Of a stretch of 59,803 bases of DNA, positions 51,501 to 59,803 are shown piece by piece (position 1 is the first letter of the stretch; each line of letters opens with the position of its first letter). Below the pieces are notes generated by a model. It did no database searches and was not told where the DNA came from. It saw only the letters and a list, made by a program, of their open reading frames with translations. The DNA is from Sphaeroforma arctica JP610 (lineage: Eukaryota). Both the position numbers and the translations under genes were made by a program. The stretch spans positions 120,406 through 180,208 of the forward strand of contig NW_014040515.1 of NCBI RefSeq assembly GCF_001186125.1, written 5' to 3'.

Positions 51501-54500
51501 ACAAACATGGATATACATCGGTATACCTAAATCTAATACTGATTAGCGCTCGTGGCTCCAAGCGTCTGGATCTCATGTCGAACTGGGACGATTCTTCTGA
51601 AACAAAAGTGATATGCTACGTTATGCCAAACACACATACCAGCGCACATCCAAGCTCGCGAATGGATCTCTGAGCTTGCTTCGGAAGTTTATGAGTGTGT
51701 AGGTCTTCCAGATCGATCAGAGGCTTGCCTCCCGTATTGACCTTCTTTATGCTATAATCTGTGTGCACACCCCGGAAAATCACAATCAAACCACCGATCA
51801 ATTCACATACCATTACAGAGCTTGCAGTATAGATACAGTCTTTGCATAAGTTGCACTCCACCAACCCATAGCCTCGGAGGACAGGTTGACAAACCTATCA
51901 ACAAAAAGAGAGAGTGCCAACGTACCTGACAGACTCGGCACATCCGATGGTATGAGCGAAGGTATCGTTCCACCGAAGGACGGGATGAAGAAGGAGTCGC
52001 GGACGGGTGCAACAGTCAGAAGCGGTACATACCTGTACTTAGATATTGTCGGTAGTGAAATGGTATTCAACATGTCAGACAATCTGGGTCAAGAAGTTAA
52101 AAAGCGGCACGTATTATATCGGAAATAGTCTGGTCGGTACTGAAAGCTCAAGACATACTAGATATCATGATTTTGAAGTACGTTGAACAGATATATGAAA
52201 ATCCAGATATATATTACTTTTCCATAAGATGCAATACACTACTAAATGGACACATGCGGATGAGAAAACCATTCAAATAGTCTAACTATGGCGGTGATGG
52301 GCAGAATGATAGTTCGATGAACATGGTACAAATGCTGGTGATCTGCAGTGGCACAGATACTGAGGTGAAACTTGAAGAATAAAACCCTACACTTGCCGAT
52401 GTACAAACAGTTTCAACTTGAAGAACAAAACCATACACTTGTCGATGTACAAACAAAGTTTCTCGTAAACACCACGTCACTGGAGATGTGTATTGCGTCG
52501 GACACTAATTACGATTCAGAGTGATACGATGAAAGTCTAGTCTATTCTCCTGGAACTCTGACTACTACGAAGACTTCTCACCACACCCGTACCTTCCCAC
52601 TACCCACTCCTTCAGACGATGAATTAAAAAACACTAAGCCATATGCTATCACCCCAAGCACACTCGTAAGCCCACACTCACGCCTTACCATAAACACGCA
52701 CTTCCTCTCGGTTCAGCTATACGAGTCTCTGATGACTCTATTTCCAACTCCAGGTTCGCACCGGCTCAGCCATTGCATGTTGCAGGTGGCATCTGCTCTC
52801 CCTCTAATCGAACAGAATTCAAATCACTATAAAACACAGAACTCCAGATTCCCACTCAATCCCAACCACGAGTCCTGTAGGCACACACCCCGACTTCAAT
52901 CCCACCCACAAGCCCTGTAAACACACCTGACCGTCGCAATGGGCACCTCTTCCGCGCTACCCCAGCCATCCTCGTGTGTGTGAGCTGCAGGGTGTGTGGT
53001 GGCGTCCTCTGAGGTGCTCGCACTCGCATCACTACTATCCTCATCCCATCCATCGGATTGCTTGCCCCAGTCATCGGCGCCGTTGTCCCACGCATTGTTG
53101 TCTGGCTCGTTGCGTTTGGTGTGTGTGTGCCCTTTAGTCTTCGTGGTGGCACTGTCCCCGTCACTCCACCCGTCATTCTCCTCATTCCAGTCATCAACGT
53201 CCCAATCGTTGGTCTAACACACAATTTGATTCACAAATCAGTTATGTTGTATGGCGTGTATTTGTTATTGCTGTTCTACTTAAACAACAACAGGTACATA
53301 TCTTGATCCCTGTATACATCGTACTAAGGTCAAACGGTACTCAAACTTTGTGATCCTTCCACAGGAGAAGTAGGGGGGGGGAACAAGGTAAATACACCAA
53401 CTTGATTTTTTAGAGACAATGCGATACGTTTAAATACAGGACAATGGGGCACGCTCGGCAACAAGCTGCGAGTGTAACAAGGTATGCTTTCCTATACATC
53501 GTAAAGTAGTTCTACTCGACTACACGGTCGCGCTATTACTCAGAAATAAACGCAGCTAACACCATAAACACACCTCTGCAGGCGCTTTCCTACTTTCATC
53601 CGATTGTGGACGTTGGTCAGTCTGGTTCATGTTGGATCCCTCTGGAAGACTACATGGTGTGTTGATGTCTTTTATAGTCGCATTCACCTCCGCCGATTCG
53701 AACCCAGACTCTAGCCACTCCTATGCAGAATACAAAGCCAGCCATAGAGGTGTTATGAAGCAGCAGAGCTACATGTGACCTCGAGTGGGAGCCGTAAATG
53801 AGTTCCACGCGTCAACTAAATGTGGGAACTACAGTTGTCAATCCAGCGTAAGTGCTCGTATCATGATCAATCAAACATCACTCATGCGAGTACAACCACT
53901 TCCTAAACAAAGCGAAAATGCATTCGGATGCATGCTTGTGCAAATGGCAATAAAGAATCGAATAATACTTAAAGAACCGAATGATATTTAGATCCGCTCA
54001 CATGCTCGAGACAAACACATGTGTTTGTTAAAGAATCGTGACTCAAATAAGCTGTCGACAATAGACCTTAGACTGATAGACTTTACGTAAGGGTGAAACC
54101 ATATTCGTTGAACTGCTTCACACCACTATGCACAAGGCCTACAGCGTACGATGGCGGCGGGTAAACTCCAGCACAAATGCACGCACGTGCCCAGTATAAC
54201 TCGCTGTTAGCACTTACCTGTATCTCGATCTCCAAGCCCTGCAGATAATTTTCCTTCACTGGGTTAGGTTTGTAGGTGGATATATGAAAATCGGAACAGA
54301 TGAAACGCTAAAATAAGATCATGATAGGCAGTTCCCACGCGGTGTGGGACATCTCAGCTGCGTTACCTATGCATCAATCAAAGCTATAGGGATGAAAGTA
54401 TGGTGCAAAAAGGGATCGCTCCATAGACACCAGTCATCAGAATCTGGTTGCTACACTTAGTGTGTTACAAAGCAATAAATAACAACAACAATGCGAAATC

Positions 54501-56377
54501 AATGGAGTCCATACACGGAGCCGTGAGCGATTACCAATTTTCCAGTGGAGACCACACCCAACAATCAAAACAAAGTAATTGAGATAGTCCTGTATACAAG
54601 ACCAACCAACTACACCCGAGCAACGTGATAACGAGTGTAGTACAAGCAATCGTACAATGGAAATACAGAATATTAAACCCCTCTCCATCATATGAAGTCT
54701 ATATAGGTACACAGCCATGGCCACACTACGTGCATGCGCACTCGCATTACCTGTCGTCATATCGTGTGCTTTGCCATCGTAGCCACACAGCACCACACAC
54801 TCTCCGAACTTGTTCGACTGTAGCACAGCTCTGAGATGATGTGTCACGTTACTTAGTGATGTACCAGCGACCACTACCACTTTACTGCCCTGAAGCCCTA
54901 CACAGTGGCCCGCTGGTTGGAAGTTCGGATACAACTCCGCACGCTCATCTCTACCCAAGCTATTCTTTGTGAAAGCTTCGTTTGCCTGTAACTCCAACAC
55001 ACTGTACGCGCCCCCGTCTAGTAAGGCACAGACACCACCGCCTATACCCGACCATCTCAGCGACTCACTCGCGCAAGTATCCATGAAGACTATACTGCCG
55101 CCGTTTATCTGTATCAATCCAGTATAAAATGGATGAACATCAGCCTCAGCGATCGATAGCACATCGAGATGAAATAGGTGACAGTCTGACCCTCGGTACA
55201 GAAACTACACACTACAGGCATGATGAGAAAATAACACACTACCTACATAGGACGGTAATCCTCACGAACGCTAAAAAATGTCAGAGAGCACACGGTTCAG
55301 TCAGATGCTAAACTCGTATTTAGTAAATCAATGGAAAAATGAAAAAAAATTGTGGCATAGAAAAAGTAATCTTGTCATTTATGTCCATATGAACATACAC
55401 ATACACACATATANNNNNNNNNNNNNNNNNNNNNNNNNNNNNNNNNNNNNNNNNNNNNNNNNNNNNNNNNNNNNNNNNNNNNNNNNNNNNNNNNNNNNNN
55501 NNNNNNNNNNNNNNNNNNNNNNNNNNNNNNNNNNNNNNNNNNNNNNNNNNNNNNNNNNNNNNNNNNNNNNNNNNNNNNNNNNNNNNNNNNNNNNNNNNNN
55601 NNNNNNNNNNNNNNNNNNNNNNNNNNNNNNNNNNNNNNNNNNNNNNNNNNNNNNNNNNNNNNNNNNNNNNNNNNNNNNNNNNNNNNNNNNNNNNNNNNNN
55701 NNNNNNNNNNNNNNNNNNNNNNNNNNNNNNNNNNNNNNNNNNNNNNNNNNNNNNNNNNNNNNNNNNNNNNNNNNNNNNNNNNNNNNNNNNNNNNNNNNNN
55801 NNNNNNNNNNNNNNNNNNNNNNNNNNNNNNNNNNNNNNNNNNNNNNNNNNNNNNNNNNNNNNNNNNNNNNNNNNNNNNNNNNNNNNNNNNNNNNNNNNNN
55901 NNNNNNNNNNNNNNNNNNNNNNNNNNNNNNNNNNNNNNNNNNNNNNNNNNNNNNNNNNNNNNNNNNNNNNNNNNNNNNNNNNNNNNNNNNNNNNNNNNNN
56001 NNNNNNNNNNNNNNNNNNNNNNNNNNNNNNNNNNNNNNNNNNNNNNNATATATTATGTTTAATTCGAAATGTATTCATGTAAATTAATATCTTTATGTAT
56101 ACGAATACAGAAACGAGATTATATGTTTAGTAACACAATATACGAAAGACTGCTAATTATTGTACATCTCTCGTGATTAAGATATACCTCTACAAGAACA
56201 TGTTCTCTCACAGTCTCGCAAATTATCAAGGGCACTACTCAACATCACAAGTAAAATTAGCAGGCATAGAAGTGTTGAACTGTCTGTACTGACCTCCTTG
56301 AGCACTGTGTCCCACGCGTTCAGCAGCACAGTACTGACCGAGCCAGTTTCGTCACTATTACTCAAATGTCCGTTCAT
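42563..56377 (-). CDS. SCFD2: Sec1 family domain-containing protein 2 (SCFD2/MIP3-like; ~919 aa, 19 exons)
   Basis: Exons 56377-56294, 55108-54751, 54258-54218, 53720-53574, 53213-52927, 52032-51926, 51758-51640, 50635-50527, 50051-49900, 49413-49374, 48686-48582, 47941-47811, 46901-46770, 46588-46325, 45249-45060, 44569-44446, 44160-44002, 43355-43229, 42646-42563, total 2760 nt in frame, all GT-AG. Motifs AWDTVL..IVFMDTCASESLRW, KASLVLVDRTLD, YRPLLAHL, ARPTDHKYIILFVIGGISASE, VLIGGT match SCFD2 as I recall it. Confidence 0.88.
42874..43092. repeat. ~21-22-bp minisatellite in the last SCFD2 intron
   Basis: About 9-10 degenerate copies of gcaagtgtacgacaaggactaa. Confidence 0.9.
46597..46700. 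repeat. ~35-bp tandem repeat x3 in an SCFD2 intron
   Basis: aagaaatgtgaacaaaaaccattgacgaaaatgta repeated three times, immediately next to the acceptor at 46589. Confidence 0.9.
46880..47440. repeat. ~180-bp diverged tandem repeat spanning an SCFD2 acceptor junction
   Basis: The core ggctatagtctgtatcagggtctgttagga recurs at ~46881 (true exon start and acceptor), 47061, 47241 and 47408, diverging progressively. Confidence 0.85.
49109..49270. repeat. 49-bp tandem repeat x3 in an SCFD2 intron
   Basis: Unit atggtctattaatagccgcccagagattcaactggatctgatcacgtc repeated three times. Confidence 0.9.
50979..51515. repeat. ~120-bp tandem repeat (~4.5 copies) in an SCFD2 intron
   Basis: Unit taaatcgggtcacttcagtccctaatatgtctatgcacaaacatggata...actaagctgcaaatgacgatcatagcaccaagtgtacaccctcatacttg, with starts near 50980, 51102, 51227, 51352 and 51467. 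Confidence 0.92.
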
Positions 56378-59300
56378 TGTTCTGCTAAAGTGCGGTTACA
56401 AAATAAAAATACGTCGGTGTATCACAAATATCATATATATATTGTATGAAAAGGATCGCGTTCTGCTGCCTGTGTATACACTAAGCTGTTGATATTTGAT
56501 TACTCTGATCCAGCGAGTATATATCACAGTCAGTGCAGTCAGCAGTACCGCAGTCTACAGCTATTTATATAAATACCATATCTCTGTCCCACATTCAAAT
56601 ACATCCTGCGCATTTACTATTTTACATAATTATTTAGTTATTTATATTTATGTTACAAACCATAGCCTTCTGAAAATTAAACATACATACACATACTTGC
56701 TGTTTTTTTATATAAAAAAGTAATTAGTTTAATTGGAGATTCAGATCTCGGATTTGATATATTTATGCACACATTTATCATACGTCCCATGAGTCATGAA
56801 ATATTAATACATACAAGCCTTCTAAAAAATAAACAAGAAGGCTATGGATATTTTTCTTTTTCTTTTTTTAAACAAATAACACGCGCAGGGCAAAGTGCAG
56901 AAAATCATCGCGAGACAATGATCTCTGACAATCACTTTAAAGCCAGTAGTAGATAGCACATGTAAGCTGATGGCACATGCAAGCGAATTTTATTCGGAGC
57001 CAAGCAGTAATTGACATGAATTTAACTAGGTTTGGGACCACGAGACGGGAAAAATAATCATATCCCGGACGAGAACGGTTCTTTAAACAATCGATAAACC
57101 ACATGCGAGATTTAGGTTCTCAATATTTTATGTATTTACAATGCCCTAAGCCACCAGCAATACAAGCGTTGATGTAATACGAATGATGAGACCTTGAGCA
57201 TCTAAGAAATTCATCTGATGATATGTACAAATGATGAAAAAGACAGTCTTTCAATATCCTTTGTAAAAAATTGTATGCTTCTCATACAATTTAAATTTAT
57301 TATGTTCTGCTGTATGTATACAGCAAGCTCGTGGGCGTTTAAAATGATGAAAGTTCTTTCAATTCGTGTACAGATAACAATTCACGAACCCGGATTCCGA
57401 TTCCGATTACTGTCTCAAAAACTATATTGATATTGATATGTGCATATTTCATATAAGTGCAAATAGAACTTCGATATCCATAATAAATAATGAGCCTTTC
57501 ACTGCTTTCAGTTTGCATAACAAGATTGAAATAGGCAGGTTCGATGGATGCCTGTCCTCTATTTACTGGGCTATAGAGTACAACCAAATATATTTATATA
57601 CGTATCAAGTTTGTAAAGATATTTATTACACATTTGTACATTAACAGATCGACAGGGGCAGTCAATTGATATTGAACTGAAGTCAGTTGAGTTTCGAATA
57701 TATTTGAATGGCATGATCCTCTGGACTCTGGAGGGAGGGAGAAAACGAAAAATCATCCTTCCCCCCCAGGTCCCAGGAGTCCAAGACGCTTTCATTTTTC
57801 CGAGAGAATGTATCCCGTCCTCCAGAGGGACATATCATGATATCAATGTGACATATGTGAATGGATTGTTGTACATATGTCGATTTGTTTTGTAGTTGTT
57901 TTTTTAAACTTCATACATAGACTACTAGGTATTTGAGTTCGGTATGGTATGTAGAAAATGACTCTGAGTTTCCTCTTGTAATTTACTCCGTATGTGACAT
58001 CATATTTTATTGGTTGTATTTTTTATCAAACTCTACTACTGACAAAGTGGTAAATATGTAAAATATGTACATCTGTCTCTGAGAGTGAGCATACCGAACG
58101 GCGAACTGTACACCCATATTTCATCGAGACTGTAGTTGTTCATCGAGACTGTAGTTGAGGTGTTATACCAAATGGTTACAAGATTACAATGACTGGAAGC
58201 TCAGTGATATCACTAGTGTAGATTGAATCATCCGTACTAACATGGACTGATGATGAGCTGTATGAACTACGCAGAGATAATATGACCGTTACATCACTTC
58301 AAGAACAAGACACTCGTGAGCACGAAGCAAGAATAGACATCAACTTTACCGCTGACCTAGTAGTGAGTAGCCACGACAACATATAACCTAATTGTCTGAG
58401 ATATCGTCCGCATCCCAGAGGAATAAATTTGAATAGAATGAATGGAGGGGATATTTAAGGGACACTTCGAAATTGAATCGATGAATATAAAGGTGAACAA
58501 AACTGCTATTACATAAAAACACGTGTATGTAACAATATTTTATAGCTAGCTACACGCTTTCTAATTCTAACAGTTCGTTTTAGAATGCACGCGTTACACG
58601 CTACAAGCAATCTCACTGTAAAAAATATATTTAAAACATGGATCAAAGCTATCGTTTATTTCGATGTATTACTCAAGTGGAGTCTCGGTCTCGCCGAGGG
58701 GCAACAACCGCTCACTGTATGGTCTTCATGAAAATCTCGCCGACTCCCTGATCTGGCCTTGTGGACAAATCGTACAAAGAATTGCGAAGCCTGCTCCACA
58801 GCTTAATCGCTGACTAGAGACGTGTGGTGGTGATCTGTGTTCAAATCACCGTAGACGCATAATCATATCACTCTTATTCTAAAATACTAACACATGATCG
58901 CTCATTCAAATCACTGAGCTCATTGTTGGTGGTTAATTTAACGGCCCTCATTCGCTCTCGTCATATGACGATTCTTACACAATCATACCAGCCCATATGT
59001 TCTGCCTTTACCCGCAATTGTATGTTTGTTGATTTTCAGTCTGTTTTAGACTAGAAGTGCTGATTCGCATTCCTCGGAGATAGTCTCCATGACTTCATCG
59101 AGCCGACTCTGACAAGTCTTCGATTTTGTTGGCAATCAGTGGCTTGTTAAGGGTTTTGTTGCCCTTGTCAGTTCAAACGCCACGTTCTTCAGTGCGTGTT
59201 AGACTAATCGATGTGAGAGCGACGATAGGAGAGTCACGATCTCGCAGGAATTTCGGATAGGAAAGTGCACCTTGCATAAAATTACTACCATCGTCAACCT

Positions 59301-59747
59301 TCATCTGAAGAATGAGACCCGAGGAAGCAATACAATTTCGTGTAGTTCAGGATGAGGTCTCATCACACCTTCATTGCCCCCAGCTGATCTTTCTGAATTG
59401 TTCGAAATGTTCAAAACAGTCGGTCGAATGGACGTTCAGGTACCTTGTCGTATTGCTGCCGTGTTGGAACCTCTTTGTTATCCTTCCCTCAGCGCTTCGT
59501 ATATCCGTTCTGCATAGCTCGACTGCTGTACATTCTGTCGCCAAATTATGCTTATTGTGCAGCTGACATGAATCTTTCCTCGTTTTTAGTACTTAATCGG
59601 ACTGTTCTACACCGCCCACATGCCCTACATCCTTGACAAGATGTAATATTAGGTGAATTGTAATTTGGCTACCATGTTGATCTAAACATGCCCGCAAGTG
59701 CGCCTACGCAGGTACCTTGCGATTAACTAGTGTGGCTCTCAAAGAGC

Positions 59748-59779
<32 letters not shown>

Positions 59780-59803
59780 CATACATATATATATATATAT
59801 ACA

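Noticed and set aside
57722..57783. Imperfect hairpin tggactc...gagtcca as a possible pre-miRNA
   Set aside because: The stem is broken by a large asymmetric bulge and has a long loop, so it cannot be supported without small-RNA data.
1..59803. tRNA, rRNA, snRNA genes and intact transposons
   Set aside because: I recognised no cloverleaf, rRNA/snRNA signature, LTR/TIR pair or RT/transposase ORF by eye. An Infernal or tRNAscan run would be needed to exclude small RNAs.

Overview
This is eukaryotic, intron-rich genomic DNA with GT-AG introns, (TA)n/(TG)n microsatellite-filled introns and six assembly gaps. The proteins look opisthokont, and the style fits a unicellular holozoan such as an ichthyosporean, though that assignment is an inference. 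Hand-built, frame-consistent gene models are: fructose-1,6-bisphosphatase (+, 5 exons), TSR1 (+, 4 exons), a small ankyrin protein (+, 3 exons), an orphan ~636-aa protein (+, 2 exons), malonyl-CoA decarboxylase (-, 11 exons), pescadillo/PES1 (+, 2 exons), a THAP zinc-finger protein (-) and SCFD2/MIP3 (-, 19 exons). Between genes lie a decayed L-amino-acid-oxidase-like pseudogene and a possible decayed MBOAT-like gene. The best leads are: (1) a THAP protein with an animal-style DHxY HCF-1-binding motif; (2) an SCFD2 insertion exon packed with acidic di-Trp motifs resembling the COPI-binding Dsl1 lasso; (3) intronic minisatellites built from copies of the splice junctions themselves; (4) ApT-depleted, CTGAG/GACTC-rich islands upstream of gene starts. 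All calls are by eye; no searches were run.
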